Shown here: one piece after another, positions 48,586 to 61,370 of the stretch
Layout: each line of letters opens with the position of its first letter
Numbering within the stretch: position 1 is the stretch's first letter
From: Coniocarpon cinnabarinum
Lineage: Eukaryota
DNA: 64,000 nt
Reading direction: 5' to 3'
NCBI GenBank assembly: GCA_051942205.1
Contig: JAVECO010000024.1
Coordinates: 1-64,000, forward strand
Translations under genes and position numbers: made by a program
Notes under the pieces: generated by a model
What the model was told of the DNA's origin: nothing
Database searches by the model: none
Seen by the model: only the letters and a program-made list of their open reading frames with translations

Positions 48586-49570
48586 GTCTACTGCTGGGCC
48601 TTTGAAAAGCGAACTTGTACGATAGTCAAGATGGGAGACAGCATGGCGCATGTTGCAGGCTCCCGAAACATTCAACGAATAGGTCTTGTCCACTTGTCGC
48701 GAGTAGGGCTGTCTACAGAATCCTCCCGCACCCACTGTCGTTGTTGTTGGCTTCATCCAAGTGGACTTGCACCTCAGATTACTACTCACAAGCACGCAAG
48801 TTGTCACGGCAAAGCTGTAAAGTTACTAATGTCTTAATTGCGTCGCAAACCTATGCGAGTTGACCAAGCAATGGCTCTGAGACAGCCAAACGCATCTCAT
48901 CGCGGGACGCTCCTCAACAGCACAATTCCCTTCCTCGACGCCATCTTCTCGTTCATTGAGGCTGCGCCACCGTAGTGAGACTGGATCACGGGACATGCCA
49001 GACGAGATTTGTCAGAGAGAGATGAGGCTCAAAGTGTGGCGTGACAGCCCCACTATGAGGTGGGACTGGGGCGGCGGTCGAATCTGTATGGGAGGCCGAA
49101 AATTAGCACTCAGCCTCCTTTGGCGTGTCTGCGCCGTATACTTCTCCTCTCGTTGCTAGGTTGCTTCCATCTGCTTCCAATGCTCTCTCACTTAGGTGCG
49201 CAGGTCATTGCATTAGGATTCTGTTCCCTTCTCCCCATTGTTCTCTACTCATGTAATGGCATTGGGGTTGTCCATTGGCTGCTCAGCCTTAGGCATATGC
49301 CCAAGTATCTCGCTGCTTAGGCGTTTTCGCCCATTGGCATGAGCATTGTGCCTTTAAAATTCTCGTGGTCCCCGCTCTCCTTCTACTTTCCTTTGGTCCC
49401 GTCTTATCTTTATCGTCCTTCACTGTATTTTTGATGAGCTATGCTTTACAAGTATCTTGCACCATTTGTCTGTATATCAAAGACTCCCCTTGTCTTGGGG
49501 CGAATTTATCGTACCAGCAGCTCTGTAACTGGCTCAGTGGTGCTGAACTACTACTCTTCAATCAAAGAAT

Positions 49571-52500
49571 ATGGAGCAACACTCTAATTACGCGAGCAAT
49601 AACCTTAGCTCTGGATCTGACGCTCTTGGGGTGCTTCCCGACGGACATATGGTTTCTGGTGACGGCAATGGTAGCTTTGGAAACCCCGAGGCTTCTTTTG
49701 AATTGAACAACGTCCCCGACTATCCAACTGAGTTACTCGATCTCTCGACGTTAGACAACTCCACCCTTTCGACTTATACATCACAAAACTTTGGTCCCGG
49801 ATTCGCCCCTGATGGAGCCACAACTAGCTGTCCAGTCCCACAAAGTGTATATCCATTCGCCGGATCAACTTCCGACACACAATTCCAAAGCAGTCTCTTA
49901 CACGACCATCACCCCACGCAGGCTGGTGCCCTCCAAGGAGATAGTCCATGGGCATGGGCGCTTGCAAATCCTGCCCTTGGTCAACCTCAGCCTCCGACGT
50001 TACTGACAGAGTTTGATGCTGCATCAACCGATTTTCTACGTGGAACGGAAAATCAACAAGCAGCTTCTCGCCCAGACAAGCGAAAAGAGAATCCTCTCAC
50101 CCCACCACAAACCGTGGTGTCCAAAAAGGTAAGGCCAACTCCAAGGGAGCTACCTCGGCGCCGAAAAAATAGCCGGAATGCAGTGGAGTCGGCTTCGTCG
50201 GCATCAATGCCGTCGTTGGATCCCAACTGCGTTGCAAGACTAGAAAGTTTGACACGCTCCATACAACAAGAAGTGCAAAGCATAGCCCAAGTATGTTCAG
50301 TTCAACACTGTACCTCGAGGAAAAACCGGACCTCCTTTGAAGGTGGACTTCGTATTAACGGAAGACCAGTTTTCTAGCGTGCCCGAGCATATACTCCAGC
50401 ACGCGCTTCTTTCTAAAATTCATGGTAGCGCTTTAAGCGAGTACACCATGCCTTCCTCCAGGAATCAGCCTGCGTCTTCATCACCCAAGCAGAATGTACA
50501 GGTACGTACCAACCAGTTCTCTCATTTCTCTCACCGCTGTGTGAGCGTGCAATCCAAACATGAAAAACGACTTCATGATAGGCAATCATAGAAATCTGTA
50601 TCTGCTTCCCCAATCGTTGCAAAACAATGCCTGCGAAACGCCTGCTGATCACCTCGAACAGTGGATGCAGCATGGCACTGGCAATGTCATGCTACAGCGT
50701 ATAAAGGAACATGTAGGTGAACGCAGGCGCGCCATTTGCTCGACTCGTGACGCATCTGGACGTCGCTCGCGCGTCTCTCCAGAGCGCAATGAGAATTTGC
50801 CATGCTTGAAAGGGGAATGTGACGCAGTCTTGCCAACTAAGAGTTCATGGGTTCGTCATTGTACTCAATGCTTTCCTCCAAGGCTGTGGGTCTGTGATTT
50901 CTGCGAGACAATGGTTGACCGGAAAGAGAGGTTGAAGTTGCATCTCCGCACTCAACACCAAGACATGAACGACGCTGAGCGAACACGTTGCTACGAACAG
51001 GACTCTTGGAAGGTTCCCTTTTTCGGACAGTGCGGCTGGTGCAATTACGAAACAGAATCTTGGTCACAATTCTACCATGTGCACTTGTATCAACATCTTA
51101 AGGATGGGTTCTCCAAAGAAGACTGGAACGAGTCAAAAGAGTTTCCTCCGCTCCTAGAACGACCCCCGGCGCTCAGAAAGCGCAATCCATTTGACCCGCC
51201 AGATCGATGCAAGTGGCGCAAAGATGATGACAACGATTCGAGTAACGATGATGATGACGAAGATTCTGAAGATGATCCTGATCATTCCTGGTCGCCTACC
51301 AAATATGTGAGCGCAAATACTCAAAAGTCTTCTGCCCGAAATAGTGAACGATCTGCAAATATGCCAGGCCAGTCCCGGGACCATCAAAAAAGAGAAAGAA
51401 TAGCTTCACCCCCAAATCTGTGCAGGCAAAATGTAGTCGAAGCAGCACCACGTGCTGAGCGTTTAGTTTGTCGGATCTCTAGTCTTGACATGGACCACGC
51501 CGTAGCCCAGAACAAGCACATTCCTATTTCGAAAATATCACCAGTTGAGCCTTCAACTTATGAGCATTTGGAGACACTCTTTCAAGGAAGAAACACAATG
51601 GTTGACAAGGTCGCACAACGTCAAAGTGGTGCGATATTCGCACGTAAAGTTGTTCGATGGAAACGGCCAGTTCAGCCGTCTGGGGGGATGATTGATAGTG
51701 AAATCGCCAACATGCGACGGCTTTCACATTCACACCTCGTTCAGCTAGCTGATTATTACGTCGGCTCGTCCGCTATCAGCCTCATTCTCTATCCGCTGGG
51801 TGACCTCACGCTCCAGCAATTCCTTGAGCGTCCTCAACCAAATCATACTGGCCTCTTGACCAGGTGGCACAGCTGCTTGACTGCTGCCGTGGCATACCTG
51901 CACGAAGACATTGGCCTCTGCCATTTGGACATCAAACCCGCTAACATCATTATCAAAAAGGACAAGGTTTACCTGGCTGATTTTGGCACTTCTCGGGCAG
52001 CCTTGCCGCAAACGTCGCAAGCTGGCACGGAGATCAGCAAAGACTTCCGCGAGCCTGTACTGCTCACTCCTCAGTACGCCGCTCCTGAGCTTGCAGTCTT
52101 GGGTAAATGGAGCAAGAGCGCTGATGTATTCGCGCTTGGCTGCGTTTTCCTCGAGATGTTGACCGTGATGTGCCACCTATCAGTCAGCAAGTTTCATCGG
52201 TTCTTTACCTTGGTACAGAAGCAGACGCAGTATCTACCAAGATATGCAAGCATGGACATAGCTCGTCTTTTGTGGCTGTCTGTCCTCAAAGCCCGCCCTC
52301 GGTATTTGATCTGGAAAGACCCAACTTACAAACCAGCTCCGCAGTCTTGGAACTGTAGAGCGGAAATGCTAGACACTGTTGCAAGAAAGCGACCGAGCAT
52401 GAAGACTATTGCGCGAGTGTTTATGGCATTCTCGTGTTGTGGAAAAGACGAAAAGGGACCCAAAGCGATACACGAAGCAACCCGAGGTTTGCTGACCCAG

Positions 52501-52704
52501 AGAAATTGGGTCAATACGTCCACGCACATTCGGGGCCCTGGTGTCGATAAGATGCATCATTCTAGCTGGGAATTTCACATGATGGCGCAGCAGGGATGGA
52601 ACGAGATCCAGCTCATTCAGATGGACTGGAAGTTTGATCGCAGATACGCCCTGCGCGAAGCTGGTGTGTGGGTTGATGAACCCAGTAAGTACGACGTTCC
52701 TTGA
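49571..52704 (+). CDS. Zinc-finger plus Ser/Thr protein kinase fusion protein (~964 aa in the proposed 3-exon model)
   Basis: Proposed exons 49571-50290, 50370-50501, 50662-52704 (both introns phase 0; 5' model less certain). Cys/His fingers in the same exon as kinase motifs FARK, HLDIKPAN, DFG, YAAPE, SADVFALG. Confidence 0.8.
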
Positions 52705-53299
52705 GGTCTACGCATGTCGCTGACGTTGTTGATCCTCAGAGCAAAACCTGACAGCGAGACTGCCAAAGGCTACAAGCTGGCCAATGGGTAAGAACGCGAT
52801 GGACCAGACGGAGCAGTTGAAGTTCAGCTCGTTGCAGGTCTTCCGATCAGGTTGCTTCGAAGCAAACTTACATGGCTGGTGTTATTCAAGCGGAGATGGT
52901 CGCAGGATTGAAGTGGGTTCTGTATCAACCATGCAGCCCCTGCGCAGGTCACTCATCAGAACCTTCCTTGGAGACAGCAGCTTCTGACAATTGTGAATGG
53001 TGTTCGGCGGCAATGTTTGCGCACTGTAACGTTTCTGTGGAAGTAATGACGCAAATGAAACCATTCCTCGCGATTCCATGCCACTCCTGGTAGCGGTGTC
53101 TCGTAATAGATATGTAATGGCGTGATTAGAAATCCGACCGCCATTCTGTATACGCGATGACGGCCACGAGCGTCATATAAGCTGAGAGAAAGGTGCTCAG
53201 ACACATATCAAGAGATCCACTGCTCGTACGCTTGCTTTTAACCGCCTGGTTGAGTTTTCCATAGTACCTACTCACCTTTCGCGAAACAAGACAGCGCAC

Positions 53300-54659
53300 A
53301 TGTCTGCTGACCCGTCGATCCAAACCCCGCCTCGGGCGCCCTCGCCCACTCAAGAGTTTGCGACACGCGCAGTCCACGCCGGTGCTCCTCACGATCCCTC
53401 AAGCGGTGCTGTCATCGAGGCTGTGGGTATTGGGAAAGATCTTGCAGCTACTTCACGATTCTGACACAGACCGAACAGATCTCGCTGTCCACCACGTACG
53501 CCCAGTCGGCGCCGGGAAAACCCATCGGCGACCATGAATACGTTCGCAGTAGCAATCCAAATCGGTATGACGCTCTCGAAGTCATGATAACAGCCCTGCA
53601 TATCGACTGACTCTATCCGCCAGGCAGAACTTCGAGCAAGCCGTTGCATCGCTTGAAAATGCAAAGCACGCCCTCGCCTTCTCGTCGGGCTCCGCCTCTA
53701 CGGCCATCATCCTCCAAAGCCTAGCTGCTGGCTCACATGTAGTCTCGGTCTCGGACGTCTACGGCGGCACTCATCGCTACTTCACGAAAGTTGCAAAAGC
53801 TCACGGCGTCGTTGTCACATTTACACCCGCAATCGAGGTTGACGTCGCCGAACTCATCCGACCCAACGAGACCAAGCTAATATGGATCGAAACACCCTCG
53901 AACCCCACACTCAGTCTGGTAGACATTCGCAACGTAGCGACAGTAGCGCACCAGCATGGCATCATGGTCGTGGTGGACAATACATTCATGTCTCCCTACA
54001 TACAAAATCCACTGCAACACGGCGCCGACATTGTGACGCATAGCGTGACCAAGTACATCAATGGACACAGCGATGTACTCATGGGCGTGATGGCATTCAA
54101 CTCCGACGAGCTACGAGAGCGCCTGTCCTTCCTACAAAACGCGATTGGTGCCGTGCCCTCCGCGTTCGACTGCTGGCTCGCACATCGCGGCATGAAGACA
54201 CTCCACCTCCGCGCACGACAGTCCAGCAACAATGCGCTAGCCGTGGCCAAATACCTTGAGAAGAATCCACATGTTCTCGCCGTCAATTATCCGGGTCTAG
54301 ACTCCCATCGACAGCGCAAGGTGGCGCTCTCGCAGCACCGCGACGGCTTGGGCGGAGGTATGCTGAGCCTTCGAGTCAAAGGCGGCGAGGAGGCGGCGAA
54401 GCGCGTATGCTCGGCGACCTCCATCTTCACGTTGGCGGAGAGTCTCGGTGGCGTGGAGAGTCTGGTGGAGCTCCCAGGCGTGATGACACATTCGGGCATT
54501 CCACGGGATGTGAGAGAAGCGGCGGGTGTCTACGACGACCTGGTCAGAGTGAGCTGCGGGATCGAAGATGCAAATGATCTGATTCGAGACATCGGCAAGG
54601 CGCTTGAGAAAGCCGTCGTTGGTCCGAAGGTAAATGGCATGCTGAATGGGACATCATGA
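53300..54659 (+). CDS. CYS3: Cystathionine gamma-lyase (~414 aa, 3 exons)
   Basis: FATRAVHAG, YVRSSNPNR, IWIETPSNP, VVDNTF, PLP motif HSVTKYINGHSDV, FTLAESLGGVESL. Exons 53300-53422, 53479-53564, 53624-54659. Confidence 0.95.
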
Positions 54660-56062
54660 AGACATGACATGACATGACATGGTAGTGCACTGCATGGAGG
54701 GACGATTGATGATAGAGTTTCAATGAAAAGCTATAGAGAGTATGGGCCAAGTCATAGCGATTTCTCGAGGCAAACGCCCAAGGTCTATTCTCAACCACCT
54801 GACCATGACACTCCAAACACGCCGTGACATCCCAACTCGAAAACTCATGATGTGCTGAATACGCCGCCCACCTTCAAAATACAAATACATAGCCTCTTGC
54901 AATAGGAAAATTGTGAAAGGTCCCTTGAACACCACAGCATTGGATGACAATACCCCTAGTCTTGTTTTTGCGTGTTGGGAGCAACAATTATAGCAGGCGC
55001 CTAGCATCGTCGCCAATGTCTTTTCGCCCAAATAGTCTTCAGGGTGGGGATGATATGGTTCAAATGCGCCGGGTCTCTAGCTCGTCTGAGTGCTGCGCGT
55101 GGCTCCACAAGCGATGTTGGGAACAGAAATGGCGCAAGCTCCCGGCGACACAGGCATGTCTGTAACTACAAATTGGTTTGAGAACCTTCACCGTCCCACC
55201 GGAGCGATGCCCAATTCTTCTTCACGAATGGAATGTTTTGTACAACGACGGAGCATGAAATGAAGAGACAATAGGCGAGTCCGATATTGATTTGACGACT
55301 AAGACAAGGCTGGGACACGTGATACAAGTCTGAAGGCAATCACATCAACGGTTCATTCGCATATCGTGAACCGTGGTGCAGGACGGGTTCCTGCATCGTC
55401 CCCTGGCCTCGGTGCACGTCCATCAGCCTTGCGCAGGCGCTACGGACACATCCGCCGTCAGGACGAGAGATTACTGCTCAAGTATGGAAAATGAGGAACA
55501 TCTTTCATCCCATCTGTCCTACAAGACAAACAAGCAAAATCCTCGAATCGCCACACCCCTTCTCCACACATGGCTCCACCCCTATCCAAAGGAACAAGTG
55601 GAGTGACGGGCCCGTCATCCACCGGATACCCTAGCAGGAGCTTATCAAGCGGGGTAGCAATTTGAAGTCATCGTTTCATCTGTCGAGAACGTCGTAATTG
55701 GTTCATCTCACGGCTTTCATCTCGACCCCGGCGGTATGCCGTCAGCCAAGAGACGTCTTGATGACGCTCTAACCAGATGTGCTACAAGGTTTCTTGTCGT
55801 CCCATCGCGGCGGGGGAGCCATGTTGAAACGTCGTTCAGGGGCTTCATGCGTGGCGGTCAAGTAGGGAGTCCTTGTGTATTCGAGACGTCGCGCGTGTCC
55901 GCGCATTCTCCATTTTGTCTTTCATCGTAAAAATACTTCGCTGTGTTGGTTTACGTGCGTGACTTGACGGGACACTCCTTGCATCGCGAATCTCGAGGAC
56001 GTGTCTCACGCGACAGCATTTCTAGCTTTCTTTCATCCGTGTCCGATTGGAAACATATCAAA

Positions 56063-56997
56063 ATGCGCGCAACCGTCGCATCCATCTTTTTCGCGGCCAC
56101 TGCGTTCGCGCAGCAGAATCCCTTCAATGTCCCAGATGGTGGCTATAACAATGCCGAGGCCGGTCAATCGCTGGACCTCTCCTGGCAGCCGACGACGGGC
56201 GGTACCGTAACGCTTGTTTTGCGAAGTGGTGACTCGACCAATCTTCAAGCTGGTACTGAGATCACCTGTAAGTTACATCCCTCTCCTATATTACAAATTC
56301 TAGCATCACTTCCATCACCACCATCACTGCGACCTCATCTCAACCTGTCCTCACCCCATCTGTATGATCGCATCACGACTGACAAACCCCAGCCAACGCA
56401 CCAAACAACGGCCACTACACCTGGCCCGTCCCCTCCGACATCACCAAGGGCTTCACCTACACCGTCCAGATCATCTCCGACCAGGGCGACATAAACTACA
56501 CGCCCTACTTCCCCATCGACAGTTCCAACGTCGCTCCCAGCTCCACCTCCATCGTCGCGACGGGCGCGCCCACCGGGTCCGCGGCGGCTCTGCCCGCCGT
56601 CCCGCCCAGTCTGGCGGCGCAGCAGAGTTCCATTCAGAGTAGTGCTAGTGCTGCGAGTCCTTCAAGTGAGGCAAGGACTGCGGATATGAGTACCAGTATG
56701 AGTATGAGCAGTATGTCGAGCATGCCTACGGATATGAGTTCGATGTCAAGTGGTATGGGCAGCATGAGTAGTAGCATGGACAGTGCGATGAGTAGTGAAA
56801 TGAGCATGACGATGACGAGTGGCGGGAGTATGGCGTCTTCGACCGGCAGTCCCACGATTGTGGGAAGTGAAAGTGCAGGCGGCACGGCTGCGAGTGCGAC
56901 GGGCGCTCAGAGTACGAGTACAGGAGGTGCGGCGGCTGTGCAGGTGGGTGCCGGATTATTGGCGGGATTGGCGGGAGCTGTTGCCTGGGCTTTGTAG
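56063..56997 (+). CDS. GPI-anchored protein with Kre9/Knh1-like N-terminal domain and Met/Ser-rich stalk (~269 aa)
   Basis: Signal peptide MRATVASIFFAATAFA; exons 56063-56267 and 56393-56997; TLVLRSGDSTNL...YTWPVP...YTVQI...INYTPYF; hydrophobic GPI tail. Confidence 0.88.
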
Positions 56998-58018
56998 GTC
57001 TTTGATTCGGCATCATGGAGCCAGGGGCAGTGGGTGGCGGTGAGATGGAGGGGTGCAAAGTTTGGATATGGATATGGAAGCTTGCTGATGGGGTGTAAGA
57101 GATGGATTTGCGATTGGGTGATGAGGGTTGCTGGTGGTTGGATTTGATACAATGATACCCTGGTTTGACAAGTTTGAGCGGTTCGCGGCGGTGGTCTGAA
57201 AGCTGATGTTTTGATCGGATAGATGTATATCCAAGTAATGGCACGTGAGTCTGCATTCAGTCAGTATCCACTCTTCGACGCGGGATGTTGGGTCTCTTTA
57301 CCTCGCTATAAGACCATCTCACTTTAGTCTGAGTGATCTTCGGTCACATCATTCTTGAGACTGGCAGTTGCTCTTGGGCAGCAGATCTATAAGTCCGAGT
57401 TGATGCTTTGGACCAAACGACTGATTCCCCAATGACGTTCTCAGAATCAATATGAGAATTAACCTGTTGTCGAGCAAGGAACAATCATTGAGGGCCTGTG
57501 TTATAGAGTTCTGAAATGCAAGACACCAAAATTTGAAATGTAAATGAAGGTCATGACTGGCTGTCACTGAGTCTAGCAACCTTCGTCAACCAACGCAACA
57601 TGTCCCTGTGATTCATACTCACGTCTATATCTGCACTGTGTGGACACATACCAACCCTTTGCGTATTTCCCAAAGCCCATGGACTCACATATCTCGGATT
57701 ACACATTTGCCAAACAGATATTCGCCAAAGAACTGTCCGACTGCAGTGGCAACAGCCGCCTAAATATCAAGCTTACTCTTGCCAATTGTGGGAAAATACA
57801 TAGGATGAAGGAGCATGACAGAGCTCGCGATTTTGAATGTACATTCATGTGATATTCTTGCAAAAGTCGTGTCGTAGTCTTACAGACTCTTTCCGTATTC
57901 CTACAATAATGTTCTCAGGCTTCAATGCTACGGAAGCCCTCCTACTTACCTCGCCTACCACGCTCATGCCATTTTGAAGCTCATGGCTTAGGGAGCTCGA
58001 GAACAAAGCAAGGCGCGT

Positions 58019-60891
58019 TTAACGTCCTTCCCCCTGATCAATGCTCAACAACCCTCGATCACCTAAGAACTTGAGCGCACCCACAACCAGCTTCCTACGC
58101 TCGTCCTCCTGCTGCTCGATCAATCGCTCCCGCAACGTCTTCCGTTGCTCCTCTTTGCGCTTGGGCATGTCTTGAGGAGCAATGTCATGAGAATAGCGGC
58201 ACGTTGCACCGAAACGGCAGTGACCAGTCTTGAGGAGGAATTTGCAACGAGTTCCCGCAGCAGTCGGCTTCGGCGTTCTGGTCTCATGAGCTCCCCCAGG
58301 CTCGGGATTGGATTTGTCTAGCTTTCCTCGCACGCTATTGCCCACGTTGTCGCCAGAGTCGCAGCTTGAATCGTACGACTCAGACGATTCGGAAGCAGAT
58401 GATGAGCTTTGATCCACCTCTGCTTCCGTGGAGACCCTCGGCGACCAAGTTTTGTAAAGAGATTTGGCGAACGTGCCGTCGACGTCGTTAACTTTCAAGC
58501 CCACGTCACCCGCTGTATCAATGGTAAAAAGATTTTCGTCTTCATCTCCCGCAATTGTGGGCTGTGCGACCGCTGACTGAGCAGACTGTGTAGCAGTGGG
58601 CACAGCTGCCCCACCAACCAGTGAATTTACTTCATGCTCGGAGGCCTCTATTGGATAGTGCAAGCCCGGCAGACGCACATCCCGAGAAACGTTTGCAGAG
58701 GGAAGGGCTGGCTGTGTACGCGCATGCTCAACGGCAGAATTCGGCAGCACCGTCGAACCCGCTTCGTGGTGCACTGCCATCTCGACATCGGTCGAGGCAG
58801 CACCAGTCAATGCAGAGGCATCGGAGAGCATTTGCTGACCATGCTTAGTGCGCTTGCCACCAGTCTCACTCATGGGGACTGCGCTGGAAGATGGCCCTTG
58901 ACCTACTTCCTGCTTGACAAGGTTGTATCCCAAATCGCTGGCTTTTGCCTCGAGAGCCGCAATGTCAGCCTCGTCAGCTAGCTTGCGATACTTTTCAGCT
59001 TTCGCTTGAAACTGCTCAGACTCGCCTGGCTGACCTGCATATGGCTTCATTGATTGTACTAGCTTGTCATTGGCTGGCCGAGGAGCAAGGGTGCCCGTGT
59101 CGTTCTGTGAAGTTAAGTGGACAGGGTTTCCGTGCTTGCAGCACACTGGTTCATCAAAATTCCCGGCGCTATTGGCACTCGTGATGGTTCCCGAATTCGA
59201 ATTATGCCCATCGGCTCGCATGAGCATTGCAGGGTTCCACGGAACAAGTACAATAGACACTTTGCGATCAACTAGTAGTTTGTTTATGCAATAATGCATC
59301 GCATTGACTGCCTGCTGATTAGTGGCGAGAGTAACATGAGCATGGCGCTCGACGCGTGAGCTTGCATCTTCTTGGACAATCGTGACAGATTCCCTGTTCT
59401 TGGTGTTAGCTGAACACGAAAAGTTTGGATCAGTACATACGGGCTATAATCCTTGAAGAACGCAGTCAAGTCTGTCTTTGAGACCTGAGGAGAGATATTG
59501 TAAACAGCAACCGTTCGAATCTCGACTGGCTCCTTTGATAGGCCCTTGGAGGCTGGACTAGTTTGCTGCATGGTCGCACATTGCTGCGCTGCCGACTTTT
59601 GTTTCTGCTTGCCCTTTTTGCCATGTTTATTATTCTCCTGCTTTGGTTCTTGCCGTTTCTGGTTCTGTGCCTGAATTGCTTCCAGCTGCTTTTTTTTCTC
59701 CTGCTTTTTACGTATGTTGGCTTCATGCTCTTTTCTTCTCTGCGCCTTGAGCGCTGCTTTTTCCTCACGCCTTTTTTCCTCTTCTCTGCTCTTCTCGTCC
59801 TTCTTACGCTTGTTGGCTTCATTTTCTTTTCTTCTATGCTCCTTGATTTGCTTTTGCATCGCGACCTCTTCTTTCTGCATTTTCTCCTCTTCTTTGCTCT
59901 TCTCTTGGGCTTCTTTCTTCGCGGTTCTCTGCTCCATGATCTGTTTCTGCAGCAAATCCCGTTCTTTGTGCATTTGCTCCTCTTCTTCTTTCTTCTCTTG
60001 GGCTCTTTTTTTGGTAGGAAACTTCTTCTTCCGATCTTTAACCCAAGCCTTGATGTCATCTGGGGACGCGAGCATAATAGTTTCGTCGCCGTGCTCAACT
60101 CTCATGGGCCCGTTTCGAAATTTCGCCGCGAGCGTTGCCTCCTCGTCAGCGTCATCACCTTCGCTGTTCTCGTGATCCTCACTCTTGGGTGTGAGACCTA
60201 GCCGATTGTCTTTTCGCTGTTTCTTCCTTTGATTTTCGGACATCTGATTTTGCTGACCCTGAGCATGTTGAGGAGCAGCGTTGGCAGCAGATGAAGGTTG
60301 CCACTGGGGCAAAGGACCCCCGAAGCTCGGAACAGCTGGCGCAGCCGGCACAGAAGGAGCACTCTAGTATTGTGGTTAGTCTGTTGCCGTGCCCATTTGC
60401 GATGAGTGTGATAGATTGATTTGTGACTCGAACAGGCTCGACAATCATACCTCTCGCTTCCTCTTACCGCTGTGCTGCTCATGATGAGCATTAGGTTGGG
60501 TAGACCTGCTATTACTGATACGATCCATGGCTGGTCCAGTAGGTGGGGAGTAAGATCCTGGCAGGAGACCAGGTAGAGACTGAGCATAGCGAGGCGGCAC
60601 TGGCAAGCCATACATGGCCATCATGTTTTCTGCTTGCCCGGAAGCCCAGCTGTTCGCGTTGGGCGCCCCCTGCGGACCATACGGTGGGGGATGGTCAAGT
60701 GCACGAGGTAGTTCCGGAGCATAGTGATGAATCGCGTTGGCATATTCACCACGGGCACGGAAGCCTGCACGACCTCGAATGCCAAAGTGCGGAACGCCGC
60801 GCCCTCCACGCACGGATTGCTGCGGAGGACCGCTCGAGCTCTGCCGTGGGGGAGGCGGCGGCGGCGGAGGGAAGCTGAAGCCTGAACTCAT
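58019..60891 (-). CDS. NUFIP1/Rsa1-like protein with RRM-like and CCCH zinc-finger domains (~912 aa, 3 exons)
   Basis: Exons 60891-60451, 60363-59441, 59393-58019. N-terminal FSFPPPPPPPP; NRLGLTP...DIKAWVKDRKKKFPT (NUFIP1-like); CKFLLKTGHCRFGATCRYSH; C-terminal TLRERLIEQQ...LKFLG. Confidence 0.8.
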
Positions 60892-61370
60892 TGCAAAGAA
60901 TATTGCAGGAGTCTCGTGCTGAAGCTGAACCACCGTCCACGTGCATCTAACCTGGTGTAAAAGAGAAGCGAAAGTAGCGGTGCAAGATCAATGGAATTCG
61001 TAGGAGCTGACCGGAAACAATGGGGCACACTCCAATATTTGGGCTGTCGTGAAGCTGGTGCCAAAGAATGTCCATGGGGCATCACACTATGCTGCACATG
61101 ACTCAGAGCTCCCTATACTGCATTGTCCGTATAAGTCCACAGCAGCGATCGACAGATATTATAACCTTTGCCATAGACGAACACGTTGCAAGCGCATGAT
61201 TGATGTTGACCAAAGGGTATGTTTGTCTCATCGTGGACTTCTAATTAGGTCTTGACTACACCGATTATCCTGCTCGGCAAGATGGCATTATGACGATAAG
61301 GTTTTCAGCGTATGCGCTCAATCACACTGTCTGTGACCGGACCATCGTGAATACATTGTGATTCATCATC

